This document shows, piece after piece, positions 1 to 11,275 of a DNA stretch of 64,000 nucleotides. The DNA is from the human T2T-CHM13v2.0 reference genome, Homo sapiens, in assembly GCF_009914755.1 (NCBI RefSeq), contig NC_060944.1; one strand, written 5' to 3'. A model generated the notes under the pieces. The model was given only the letters and a program-made list of their open reading frames with translations. It ran no database searches and was not told where the DNA came from. A program made the position numbers and the translations under genes. Every line of letters starts with the position of its first letter. The stretch's first letter is position 1.

Positions 1-744
1 CCTTAAGTGCATATTTCTATCAAGAAATAAAAATACAAAATCTTAAAACAGAGCAAAGAAGAAATGTGAAATAATAACATCCATTTCATTCTGCCCCCAC
101 TCCCTTTGGACTCTCTGACTATGCTGAGGTTTGGTTTTCATTTTATTTATTTTAATAATTTCTTCTTTCCTAACTTTTCCTAAAATAAGAACGCATAGAC
201 TGAGATATACATTCTCCTGGTTTTCTAAAGCATGACTATGAGAGATGTATCCTAAATTGGAACTTTTTTCTACATGGTCGCATCCAAGGGTGAAGAAGGC
301 AGGAGCCAGACATATTACAGCTTTGTTGAGCACAGTGGCAGTGTGCAAGTGAGAACAGGCTCTCAGAGTTTCACCTGGTGGAAAATGTTTATCAAGGTAA
401 TAGCAGACCCGTCAAGACTGTGTTACTCTTGCAGTGACAGATTTTTATGGTAAAAATGACTGCAATTTTAGGCCACTGTAAAATGTCTTTGGTTTGTGCT
501 GAGCTACAGACAGTAAGAGCTTATGTGATAGATACTCATTATCTGCCATCCTTCCAAGGAATTTTCACATTGACTTACTTCCTACAATCCCATCAGAACA
601 GTTTAATACAAAAGCAATTTTTATAGTCTGGTGATTGGGAGAAGTCATCTTGTTAATCAATTTTTACCTGATAAGATAATGATGCAAAACACATTTTAAG
701 AGAAATTTTAGAGAAATCACCCATGTGGTTGTAGTTACAGCAGA

Positions 745-1195
745 TTTGAGAATGGGAGCTTTGGAATCAGGGATATGGGTGTTCGAATCCTGGCTCTACC
801 ATGTACCTACCCATGTGACCCTAGGGAGGGTACTTACTTAAGGACATCACTCACTTGACAATGTCACGTAACTGAAGAGGTCACTTACCTGAGAGGTCGC
901 TTCCCTTCGCTGAACCAATCCTCTCATTTCAAGGATTGTTGGGAAAGCTCAAAGTCAATATATCTTAAGACCTTGCTTCTCAATGTATAGTCTGTAAACC
1001 AGCAGCCTCTTCATCACCTAGAGGCTTATCAAAAATGCAGAGTTTGGGATTCCATCCAAATCCTACCGAATGGGAATTCGAGTTTAGCAAGACCCCCAGG
1101 TGGTTTGTGAGCAAATTAAAGTGTGAGAAGCACTGCCTTAAAGCACTTTGCATGTTGCTAGGTGAATGGCAGGGACTCAACATAGTCTGGCTATT
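745..1195 (+). mobile_element. MIR SINE relic, interrupted by a MER5 element
   Basis: MIR-like core (gctttggaatcag...gttcgaatcctggctctacc...tgtgacc) and 3' end (aagcacttt...ctcaacata) on either side of the MER5 insert. Confidence 0.65.
972..1136. mobile_element. MER5-family hAT-Charlie DNA transposon fossil
   Basis: Terminal inverted motifs tgcttctca / tgagaagcactg; internal catcacctagaggctt...aaaatgcaga typical of MER5A/B. Confidence 0.7.
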
Positions 1196-1435
1196 GGTAT
1201 AGGTTCTTATTGTGTGTGACAGCTAATTTTGGGTCAACTTGACTGAGCCAGGGGATGCCCAGATATCTGATTAAACATTATTTCTGGGTATGTTTGTGAG
1301 GATTTTTCTGAGAGAAATTAGCATTTGAATTAGTAGACTGAGCATAGAGGCAGAACCTCCCCACTGTGGGGGAGCAACATTCAACCCACTGAGGATGACT
1401 GAATAGAACGAAAGGGCTTAGAAAGGTTGAATTCT

Positions 1436-1735
1436 GGCTGGGTGCAGGGGCTCATGCTTGTAATTCCAGGACTTTGGGAGTCCAAGGCAGGAAGATCACT
1501 TGAGGCCAGGACTATGAGAACAGCCTGGGCAACATAGGGAGACCCCATCTCTACAAAAAATAAACTTAAAAAACAAATCAGCGAAGTATGGTGGTGCACA
1601 CATACAGTCTCAGCTGCTTGGGAGGCTGAAGTGGGAGGATCACTTGAGCCCAGAAATTTGAGACTACATTGAGCTATGATCACACCACTACACTCCAGCC
1701 TGGGCAAAAGAGCAAGACCCCATCTCTAAACAAGA
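1436..1735 (+). mobile_element. Alu (AluJ-like)
   Basis: Dimeric Alu with J-type features (gatcacttgaggccagg, ggaggatcacttgagccc), diverged. Confidence 0.92.
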
Positions 1736-2161
1736 AAGAAAGAAAAGGGAGAGAGGAGGGAAGTAAAAGAAGGAAGGAAGGAAAGAAGGAAGGAAGGGGA
1801 AGGAGGGAGGGAAGGAAGGAAGAGAAGGAGGGGGTAGGGGAGAGGAGGGGAAGGAGGAAGGAAGGAAGTGGAAGGAGGGAGGGAAGGAAGGAAGGAAGGG
1901 AAGGAGGGGGCAGGGAAGAGGAGGGGAAGGAGGAAAGGAGTGAGGGGAGGGAGAGAGGGAGGATGAAAGGAAGGAAGGAAGGAAAAGGAAGGAAGGAGAG
2001 AGGGAAGGAAGGAGGGGGTAGGGGAGAGGAGGGGAAGAGGAAATGAGGGAGGGGAGGGAGGGGAGGGGAGGGAGAGAGGGAAGGAGGGAGGGAGGAAGGA
2101 GGGAAGGAAGGAAGGAAGGAAGGAAGGAAGGAAGGAAGGAAGGAAGGAAGGGAGGGAGGGA
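1732..2161 (+). repeat. Homopurine GA-rich low-complexity tract containing (GGAA)12 at 2102-2149
   Basis: About 430 bp almost entirely A/G on the + strand, continuous with the Alu A-tail. Confidence 0.97.
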
Positions 2162-2469
2162 CTGGATTATCTCTGCCTCTCTGCCTGACTGCTTGAGCTG
2201 AAATGAGTCTCTGACCTTCAGACTTGAACTGCCATCTACCAAATCACTGGCTTTCCTAGGTCCCTAGCTTGCAAATGAGAGATCATAGGACTTCTCAGTC
2301 TCCATAACTGTGCAAGCCAGTTTTTAATTTTATGTATATTAATCTCCTATTGGTTACTTCTCCTTTAAAATATTTTTGTGCAGTCTTACAGTTTTCATAG
2401 ACGTTCACACTACACATTCAACATGGAGTTATTTTTAATTGTCTCCATAACAGTCCGCTGAGCAGTTAT

Positions 2470-2896
2470 ATTACCAAAACATCAGGGTTTGGACTAGGTC
2501 CTGCTGCTCATCACACAGAAAGCCAAGCACTGAGATGAAAAGTATTGCCAAGGAAGAAGGCTTTAATCAGCTGGGGCCCCCAAGGAGGTGGGAGCTTATC
2601 CTCAAATCCATCTCCCTAACTGACTAAAATCAGGTGTTTTTATAGCAGGCAAGAAATGTAACAATGTGCAAGAAAACAGGAACTTGGAAGGGGCAAGAAA
2701 GCAATCATGGTGGATGAGGGGTCCTGCAGTGATCTGGTTTCAGTCCTTTGGAACTTTTTGTGAGAGGCCTAAAGGTCATTTCCTGAGGAAAGAACTCAGA
2801 TGAAACAAACATAAGTTTCAAGCTTTTTAAGACCAGAGGGCCAATGTCTATGTGTATCAAAAAGAACTGTCTATGGGGCAATTGGGTTGGTTTCAG
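2470..2896 (-). mobile_element. MER31-family ERV1 solo LTR
   Basis: ttaccaaaacatcagggtttggactaggtcctgctgctc...aaagccaagcactgaga...attgggttggtttca matches the reverse complement of MER31 as I recall it. Confidence 0.75.
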
Positions 2897-3104
2897 TTAT
2901 ACCATACTTTATTCTCCTATTCCCTATCTTGATTGTTTCCAGAATTTTGCTACTAGAAAATAGCATGTGAGTGAGCATCCTTCTAAATACAGCTCTCCTT
3001 CTGAAGGGAAAAACAAATGAAAGACAAACAAGCAAACAACAGGAAAAAAAGGAGAGAAAAAGGAAAAAAAAATCATGTATCCATCCCTTTGGGGGTTGAA
3101 TGTC

Positions 3105-3434
3105 TTCTTTAATCAGGGGTTTATACAGCAGGGAATAAATGTAACCATGTGTGGGAAAACAGGAATTAGGGAAGAAGAGTTGGTCAACAAGAGGCAGGTG
3201 GTCAGCAGTCGTGATGGGTGAGGGATCTGGTGTCTCTCATTGTCCAGATACAGTGATCTGGTGAGTTTCAGTTTCTTGATGCTATGTGGGAGGACTGATG
3301 GCTGCTTTCTTGAGAAAGGAACTCAGATAAGACAAATGTAACTTTCTCAAGTTGAGACTGGGAGGGTCAATTTCTATGTTTACTCAAAAGAAACCATAAA
3401 CATCAGTTCTATGGGACAATTGGGCTGGTTTTCG
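3105..3434 (-). mobile_element. Second, partial MER31-family LTR
   Basis: Shares aaatgtaac, aaaacaggaa, cagtgatctgg, gaactcagat and ctatggg...caattggg blocks with the copy at 2470-2896. Confidence 0.7.
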
Positions 3435-4664
3435 GGACAATTACCCCACCAAGTACAGGCGCAAAGCTGCAGGGAACACAGGATGCAACCGGAGGAGGGA
3501 CTGGTCTCACCTCCATGGCTCTGATGCCTCATTATCACCTCCAAGCAGGAGCCCTGCTAGGCCTCTCCCACAGCCATAGGAGGCCCTGGAGAGCCCTGGT
3601 CTTAGTGCCCCTCACCATTCTCTGTCCCTGGTCACCAAGGACTGGCCAAGACCAAGTGGACTGCACCCTCTGCCACCCCCACGCAGGTGCCTGCTGCCCT
3701 GAGCTGCTTCCCTGATGGGCAGCCATGGGGCTTCCCCCTCTTCAGAGCCACTGCAGACAAAAGCTCTCACTGCCCAGAGCATGTGTTCTAGAACTCAAAC
3801 AAGTAAATGACTGAGAAACTGAGTATGTGCAGGGGTGGCTGGGTTGTGGGACAAGGCAGGCAGGGAGGGGATGGAGGATGGGAAGGGCACTTGGGCTCGG
3901 GGAGTGGGAGGGGTCAAAGGTCTCAGGGAGAGTGGGGGATCCTCATGCCTCAGAGCTGGGGAAGACCGTAGTGGGGATGAGGGAGGACTTGGGTCCTGGG
4001 CCTCCTTGGCTGCCTGGGGATAAAGGGGAGATGGGAACAGCCGGCCAGTTCCCAGGGAAGCAATGGTAGGGCTGCGGCTATGAGCAAACCAGGGAACTGG
4101 GTCTTGCAGCGGCGCAGAGCTCTGGCATCTCTTCCGTCCCGTCCCTGGGCCAGGCCTAGAGGAGACTGGTCCGTAGCATGGTCCATGGTGTTGCTGCCCC
4201 TGTGGAGTTTCAGGAGCCCCAAGGGCTGCCCAGGGGCCAAAGCATCTCCTGTGACCTGCCCCCACCCAGCAAAGGGAGAACCTGGGATCCCCCTCTTCTG
4301 AAACAGTCTTTCCAGAGGCAGCTGCAGCTTCTCATCTCACAGAGGCAGCATCACTCAGAACCCCCAGAAAGGCCACTGATTAAATGCCACGGAGGAGAGT
4401 GGTGATGGGGTCTGTGGACGGCAGCTCAGAGCCAGAGACAGGACCGGGTGATGGATGGCCCCAGGCCCCGCCGCTCCCTGCCCAGTGCGTATTCTGGGTA
4501 CAAGGGTAATTAAGAGAAGTGTTTCTTTTTTACAGCCAGGTGCCTTTCCCTCAGGTGCTGAGGTGGTTAGAGATTAAAACATCATGAACAGAATATGGAG
4601 TCACAGAGAAAGAGCAGCCAATGAGCCCAGCTTCCAGGAGGGTCACGGGAGGAGGTAGAGCCGC

Positions 4665-5086
4665 ACCGTAGGTTACACAATGGCCACCCAGAGACACAAG
4701 TCCTCATCCTTGCAACCTGTACATGCAACCTTGCTTGTCAAAAGGGTTTGCAGATGTCATGAAGTTAAGGACTTTGACATGGAAGGATTGCGCTAGATCA
4801 CCCAGGTGGCCCCTAAATGCTATCGCAAGAGTCCTTATGGGAAACAGGCAGAGGGAGATGACACAGACGCACAGAGGAGGAAGGGGCAGAGACTGGAGCG
4901 ATGCAGTCACAAGCCCGAGAAGTGGGAGGAGGTGAGGGACCGAGTCGCCTGGGGAGCCCCTGGAGGGAACACAGCCCTGGGATTTTGGACTTCTGGCCTC
5001 CAGAACTGTGGGAGAACGAATTTCTATTGTTTTAAGGCACCAACTGAGTGGGAACTTGTTCTAGCAGCCCTAGGAAGCTGATGCAA
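4665..5086 (+). mobile_element. MLT1 (MaLR) solo LTR, MLT1B/C-like
   Basis: tttgcagatgtcatgaagttaagga...ttttggacttctggcctccagaactgtg...ttctagcagccctaggaagctgatgca. Confidence 0.85.
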
Positions 5087-5389
5087 GAGTGGGGAGAAGA
5101 AGCTGCCTTTATTCAGCCTAACTCACGGACAAAGCGGGAACAGAAATCCCACACATCATTTCCTTGTTGCTGAGGAACGGCTTTGCTGCCCAGAGCCCTT
5201 GGTGACTTACAACTCCTCGAGGTGGACTGATGGGCAGAGAAGGCTACTGAGACAGAGAAAAAACATAAAACAAAACAGGGATTTGTCAAGGCCCTTTGGT
5301 ATTTAACCACAAAAGAGATATAAACAGCCAAGGGCCTAGATTCACTTTGAAGGCTCAGTAAGTGGGCCTTCAGCTAAGACAGGCTTCTG

Positions 5390-6030
5390 TCCATCAATCC
5401 ATCCTTCATTTGCTGAGCAGGTATTGTGCCAGGCACTTTTCTAGGTCCTAGAATACAGCTCTGACCAGGACAGACCTGGCCCGGGCCCTCAGAGGGTGAG
5501 TGTTCTGGTAAAGGAGGCACAATAAACAAGGAAATAAAAAACAAGATTGAAGAGGGTGAAACTGCTCTACAGGAAACAAACTGGGAATTGAAAGAGCAAA
5601 GGGAAGAAAGGCCACATTGGATGGGGAGGTGAGGACGGCCTCTCTGAAGAGGTGAGCTTTGAGCTCAAGCTGAGCACTGAGAAGATTCCAGCCCAGTAAC
5701 AGCTATCAGGAGATCACGCCAGGTCAAGGACACAGCAGGTGCCAAGGCCTGGAGGCAGGACTGGGCTGGACAAGTCCAGGGAACAGAGAGGATGCCAGGA
5801 CTGAGGACGTAGGGAGAGCAGGTTGCAGGGATGCAGAAAGCGGTGCGGGGTGTGGATCAGGCAGAGCCTCCTGGGACAGGGTAAGCTCTTCTGGGGTTCA
5901 CGGGAGCAGTGGGAGGTGATTGGAGTTTATATGGTGGGGGTGCAGCACAGCTGGTGCACATGTCTGGACAGCCACTGACTGGCTGCTGGGAGGGAATGGA
6001 GGATTAGGGCAAGAGTGGAAACCGTGGGTC
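5390..6030 (-). mobile_element. L2 LINE relic
   Basis: catttgctgagcaggtattgtgccaggcact...ggcctctctgaagaggtgagctttgagc, antisense L2 3' end. Confidence 0.7.
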
Positions 6031-6034
6031 CAGG

Positions 6035-6200
6035 CTGAATCCAGACCTACAAGATGCGAGACCTTGTGCAAATGCGTCTTTCCTGAGCCTCAGGTCCTCG
6101 TCTGTGAATGAGGGAATCATGAGCCATCCTGAGGCTGATCTGAGGATGTAACAAGAAGGCGCCCAAGGCAGAGCCCAGCACACAGGGTCAGTGTCTTTCC
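6035..6200 (+). mobile_element. MIR relic
   Basis: ctgagcctcaggtcctcgtctgtgaatgaggga MIR core. Confidence 0.55.
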
Positions 6201-6604
6201 ATAACAATAATGAGTGAACCTTGACCTTCCTAGTCTCACACCTGTGACCCAGGAGATAACTCAGGCCAAAATAACGCGCCCTCGGGTTGCCCCATGGGTG
6301 TGCTTGTGTAGACCTGGCCCCTTCATCGGTTCGGCGTTCATTCTGTCTAGACTGTTAGGGTTTCTTCACATACTGAGAACACGGTCCTGGTATCGGGACC
6401 GCAGGTTCTAATTCACATCTCACCTGGGAATGGCAGGGCAGTTCATTAAAGTGACTCAACCTAGAGCAGAGCTGTTAGGGAATGAGGTGGTAAGGCTTAA
6501 GAGCAAACACTTGCCTTGCTAGTTCAGCAAGAATCCAGGAAATCTTCTTGAAGCACATATTTTCCCTTGCTCAGAGTTTTCAAACCCCAGGCTGGGTTTA
6601 ATGG

Positions 6605-7110
6605 TGTGGGATATAATGGGGTTTCTCTTTAAATACTCTGATCAATCTTTTATCCTTTAATTCATAGTACTCCCTCCCCCACCTTTTCTTCTTTTTCCTT
6701 TTTGCCTTTGTTTGTTAGATGCCCAGGCACGCCTCAGTACCAAGCGTTATCAGTACCAGCTCACATTCCTTTCCTTACACGGAAAGGGGACTAACTTTCT
6801 AGCTCATTACAGACACCCCCTTCCCCTTTCTCTCCACTTTCTTTTACATACCCACCCTATCTAAAAAAAAAATCAAATGTTTAGCCAACCGGGATTAGTT
6901 TAGATTGTACAACCCGACCCCAGCCAATGGGGAAAGGGTACAGGGGCAGGACTTGCCTCAGGAATAAAGGCTCTCGTGCCATTTGTTCAGATGTGTTCTC
7001 ATGGCAACTGGCCAAGGAGGCACTCCTCTGCGCAGAAGTAAAATTGCTTTGCTAAGAATCTTTTGTTCAAGTGTTCAATTTCCTTAGGATTTTGAGCGTT
7101 GTTCCTAACA
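6605..7110 (+). mobile_element. Intact ERV1 solo LTR, LTR10 family (LTR10C-like)
   Basis: TG...CA termini (tgtggg...cctaaca); 4-bp TSD ATGG (6601-6604) / ACGG (7111-7114); CCAAT 6924-6928, AATAAA-type TATA region 6963-6968, AGTAAA 7037-7042. Confidence 0.8.
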
Positions 7111-7221
7111 ACGGAAACCATGATCTCTTCCCCAAGATTGCTCAGAGGTATCCACTTGTCCTTCCAGGTAGAGGGAATAAAATGGGCCACCATGAGGCAG
7201 CAGGCAGACAAATTCAGACAA

Positions 7222-7343
7222 ATTCCAGGTTGGCTGAAGCATTCAAAGCTAAATCCAGAATTCACGAACCTTATTCCGCACCAACCATCTGATTGCTTCA
7301 AGATTCTTTGAACAGCTGGCTGCCAGGGATTCTGGGTAAGTGT
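7222..7343 (+). repeat. Local dispersed duplication: 7222-7322 matches 9143-9243; 7318-7343 matches 8763-8788
   Basis: Manual ungapped alignments of 89/101 and 24/26 identical bases. Confidence 0.92.
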
Positions 7344-7399
7344 AGCACCCCAGAGGCAACTGCTCCTGGGAATTCAACAAGCAGCGACATGAAAAGTAA

Positions 7400-7790
7400 A
7401 ATGAGGGAGAAGGGATCACTGTCAACCAAAGAGACACTAGAGACTTAACAACCAGATGCCATGTGGCCCTTGTTGAATCTTGATTGACAAAAAGCAACAG
7501 GAAAAAGACATTTGGGAGACAACTGGAGAAATTCGAACATGGACTGAATGTTAGACAATTATGGGGAATTATTTTTAATTTTGTTGGAGGTGATAAAGAT
7601 ATTGCAGCTATGTTAGAAAACATCCACGTGAGGTCTGGGGTTTGCCTTAAAATAAGTTGGCAGGAAGAAGGGAGAGAGCTCGAAGGAAGGAGCAAACCCT
7701 GATAACTGTGAGCCTGTGTGATGGGTGTATGGTGGTTCACAATGTTCTTCCGGTTGAGATATCCAGAGTAATTCTTTAATTGTATTCAGT
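7400..7790 (+). mobile_element. Old L1M (L1MC/L1ME-type) 3' fragment
   Basis: aaagagacactagagacttaacaaccagatgc...aaaagacatttgggagacaactggagaaatt...tgatgggtgtatggtggttca. Confidence 0.7.
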
Positions 7791-8589
7791 TTATTTTTCA
7801 AGATTGCAATTTCTTTGAGAAAGTGTTGCTGAATATTGCAAAAGGTAGCCCGGGGATTGCCATTGTGTCTTTTTTGCTACTGCCCATGTAGCCAGGTATG
7901 AACAGGGCATTTCGCATGGGCATGAGGCGGGGACTGTAAAATATTACTACCTGTTCAGGAGACATGGCTCCCTGCAACCCCCGGCCAAGTCCTGGATGCC
8001 AGGACGGGATTTCATGTGCACGCCATCTGAAGCTACCAGCTTGCTCACTACACAAGTCGACAGACTGATGTGACTGTATGCAGCGCTGAGCACAACAGCC
8101 GGGGCCTGTCACCCAGCTCACCAGCAGAGAGCCAGGGGTGTTTTCAAGCAGAAATAATGGGCCACTGTGGCTTTTTAAAGAGATATGATTTATCTCTGGG
8201 ACCGCATCCAGGCTAGAGCTGCTGGAGGACAATGACAGGCTCCTGGGCCAGCGAGGAGGCTTTCACACCTTGGCTTGTCTGCAGACGGAGGACAGCTGGG
8301 GCTTCGCAGGCTGAGGCACCCAGGGGTTGTGGTGATCAGCAGGGGGCACAGAGAAGCAGCCAACTCTGCACCCTGAGGAGGGTGGAGATTTGGAGAATTT
8401 CTGTTGGATTTGAACCACACGACGGTTCCTTGGAGGAACCGGGAGTCCAGGTGGAATCTTTGCAGGCAGGGTCATGTGGTTTGGCCGCCTTCATTACTCA
8501 AAAGCAGGAATCTGTGTTTGGGAAGATGTGAATTACGTACTTTTGATTGAAAACAGCTGCACACCCACAAATCCCTTTAGCCAGTTAAT

Positions 8590-9085
8590 TGGACCATGAC
8601 AGGCACTCCAGATGTCTACCCACATGCCCTTTTCTTACCAACAAGACCCTGATGATCACGCGCTCCCTGGATGGTGCCCAGCTCTCTGGCTGCTCATCCT
8701 TGTGTGACACAGCTCTAGCCAGTGGTGGGGGGGTGCGGGAAGGAGGGGGTTGCAGAACAGGCGGCTACTAGGGATTCTGGGTAAGTGTGGCCTTCTATTT
8801 AAGCCCCTTCCTCCTCTCACCTCCTCCTTTCTCCTCTCCTGGCTGAAGGCAGACAGGAGGCCAAGAGCGGCAGCACCAGCAGCCACAGGAGGCCTCAAGG
8901 TGAAGGCACCAGCTGAGGATGGTGGCAGAAAGGCAGAAGAAGCCAGGCTCTGGGCGATATCCTGCGGCCCCAGACTTCCCCTGGACCCTCTGCCCCTGGA
9001 CCTGAGAATCTGGAATAAGGCAACGTCCCCCCGGAGATGCCACCATGCCTGGGCTTCTGTTGCTTTGAGCTGAGCACAGCCCTGG
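8590..9085 (+). mobile_element. Diverged ERVL/MaLR LTR (LTR33- or MLT1-like)
   Basis: ctgaggatggtggcagaaaggcagaagaagccagg...gggcttctgttgctttgagctgagcacagccct. Confidence 0.5.
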
Positions 9086-9247
9086 GTGATGGAGAGAGAC
9101 AGTAGTGGTCACCCTACCCAGCAACCACCTGCACAGGTATACATTCCAGGTCGGCTGAAGCACTCAAAGCTAAATCCAGAATTCACAAGCCTTCTTCCAC
9201 ACCAACCATCCTATTCCTTCAAGATTCTTTGGACATGTGGCTGGGAA

Positions 9248-9913
9248 TCACCGGGGACCCATCCCCTTCCACCCAGGAATCTGTCTGCCTCCTGCTGCCT
9301 TTCATGGCACCCGGGCTAGGCCCAGACTTTGCTTCAAGAATGAAGCTGGCACCCATAGTAGGGAGAAGCCAGGCAGCAGGAGCAGGCACTTCCGAGCCTG
9401 CGATGGCAGGAGGGCCTCCCTGGGTCCCCAAGAGTGCAGGGATGCCCGAGTCTGCAGCCAGGGTTTGGGTGACTGCAGCTGTACCTGGAGGGGGCTGGGG
9501 GGCGGGTTGCAGGTGGTGAGGCTCCTGCCTGCTGCATGGAGCAGGAGGCCCGGGTCTGCAGCGACAGTTTGGGCAGCTGCAGCTGCACCTGGAAAGGCAG
9601 GGCTCCTGCCTGCTCCCAGCCCCCAAAGAGCACAGGGAGGCTCAGATCTGCAGCCATGACTTGGGCTGGTGCAACCCCTCACAGGAGGGTGGGGCTCCTG
9701 CGCGCTCTGTGGAGTGGGAAGCCCAGGCCTGCAGCCGTGGTATGAATGGCTGCAGCGGCACCTGGGGAGCTCCTGCCCCAGCTTGGAAGGGGCAGGGCTC
9801 CCACTTGTCCCCAGCTCCTGTCAACTCCATGGAGCGGTCAACCCCGGCTGCACCTCCCTGCTACAGCTGGTGTGATGGCAGTGGCAGGCCATCTGGAGAG
9901 GCTGCTGCCATCA
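9248..9913 (-). mobile_element. MER52-family ERV1 LTR, truncated
   Basis: GC-rich internal repeats (gggtctgcagc, gggctcctgcc); ends in ctgccatca, the reverse complement of the MER52 start TGATGGCAG. Confidence 0.8.
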
Positions 9914-10309
9914 GTTGAGGCTGAAACTTCATCGGCCCCTTGGGAAACCTCCAGCCTCCCAGAAACCAAGAGAACATTTCTGCCTGCTGAGTTTCCCACC
10001 ACGACCATCCTCTGTGGGCCTTTCCCACCTCCACGTGGGGCCATTTCCTTCAGCCTAATTCACTGGGCTGTCAGGGAACTGCAGCTGGAGTTGGCTTTGC
10101 TCACTTCTGGCCAGGAGAACACATTCTGGTCTGTTTTAACACCTAAATGACACACGTATGCCCTGCGTAATGCAGAAATGGAAAGTTCCTATTTGCAGAG
10201 GGAATCGTAGGCATCTTTGTGAGCTTTTGTTCAAAGTAAACAAACCTCCAGCAGGAGCTCCTTGCTGGGAGGTCAGACTCTGTTGCTGCAGCTGCTTTGA
10301 GGGCCCCCA

Positions 10310-10550
10310 AGCAAGAAGGAATTCTCCTAGCAGATGACCTTTGAACTCAACAGCAACTCTGCCCTGGGTCTCCAGCCTGCTGGCCTAACCTGCAGATTTT
10401 GGACTTACCGAGCCTCTACAATCATGTGAGCCAATTCCTTAAATTTCTCTCTCTCTCTCCACGTGCACACACACACACACACACGCATGCATATATATAT
10501 ACATTTCCCTTTAGTTCTGTTTCTCTGAAGAACATTGATTAATAAATACA
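10310..10550 (+). mobile_element. MLT2 LTR 3' fragment with internal (CT)n/(CA)n/(TA)n
   Basis: ctgcagattttggactt...aatcatgtgagccaattccttaaa...ttctgtttctctgaagaac...aataca. Confidence 0.8.
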
Positions 10551-10787
10551 CTCACTTTCAGTATGGACATAATCACATGTGCCCTGCATAGGTTTTGGAG
10601 CTGATGTCACAAGAACAAAATTATATATATGTGCTTTGTTAGTAGTCATATTAATCATTATTACTCTAACCTTGGATTAAATATTAATTTGATAATTAGT
10701 ACTCTGATCTCACATTTTCCTGCCAGCTTTATCAATTATTGACACAGGACTGGGTTCACATCAGAGGACCCCAAATCCTTCAGAGAC

Positions 10788-11275
10788 ATCAGGGTTAAGG
10801 TCTCAAGAGGAAGCAGAGTTCACCCCCTATGGTTCAAATCAGATATGAATGAAGGGACCCTTTGCAGAGGGGCAGTCAGGGCTAAAGAATGAATTGGGAA
10901 GTTGAGGCACACAGAGATTAGCAGCAGTCAGAAGCTGTTACCATCCCCGGGGAGGATGGGACAAGGAGAAGAAGCAGCCACCCACCTGACCAATCATCAG
11001 GGAAGGACAGAGGGACCCTGAGAGACAGGATGCTGAAGCAGGGGGCCAGGAAAGAAAGAGCGCCCCCCCTTTGTTGCTCCTCTGCCCCCTCTCCTCCTGC
11101 TGGTGTCTCCCATTGACTGAAACTGACCCAAAGCCACAGGCCGAGGGAGCCTGGCAGGGGCCTGCAGGACAGACCCTGGGCACAGAGCAGGCAGAGCTGA
11201 GGATGGCTGTCAGGGGTGAGAGGTGCCGGGAGGGGAGCATGACTGCCCAGTGCAGGGCCGGGAAGGCCACTCCAG
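10788..11275 (-). mobile_element. ERVL LTR, LTR41-like
   Basis: aatgaagggacc...cagcagtcagaagctgttacca...ctcctgctggtgtctcccattgactgaaactgacccaaagcca. Confidence 0.55.

Larger units (their letters stand above)
1212..2365 (+). mobile_element. MLT2 (ERVL) solo LTR, split by an Alu and its GA-rich tail
   Basis: 5' part gtcaacttgactgagccaggggatgcccagatatctg...aaacattatttctggg (1212-1435); 3' part ggacttctcagtctccataactgtg...ctcctattggtt (2162-2365). Confidence 0.8.

Noticed and set aside
1669-2242. 125-aa and 184-aa ORFs (and similar ones at 23444-23930 and 36012-36309)
   Set aside because: Low-complexity GA/CT or GAAA tracts read through from Alu or flanking sequence
9219-10150. Dense overlapping ORFs in GC-rich DNA, possible exon or CpG island; terminal TGATGGCAG/CTGCCATCA hairpin
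   Set aside because: Mostly explained by the GC-rich MER52 LTR, whose CpGs are largely decayed; the hairpin is intrinsic to the LTR end as I recall it
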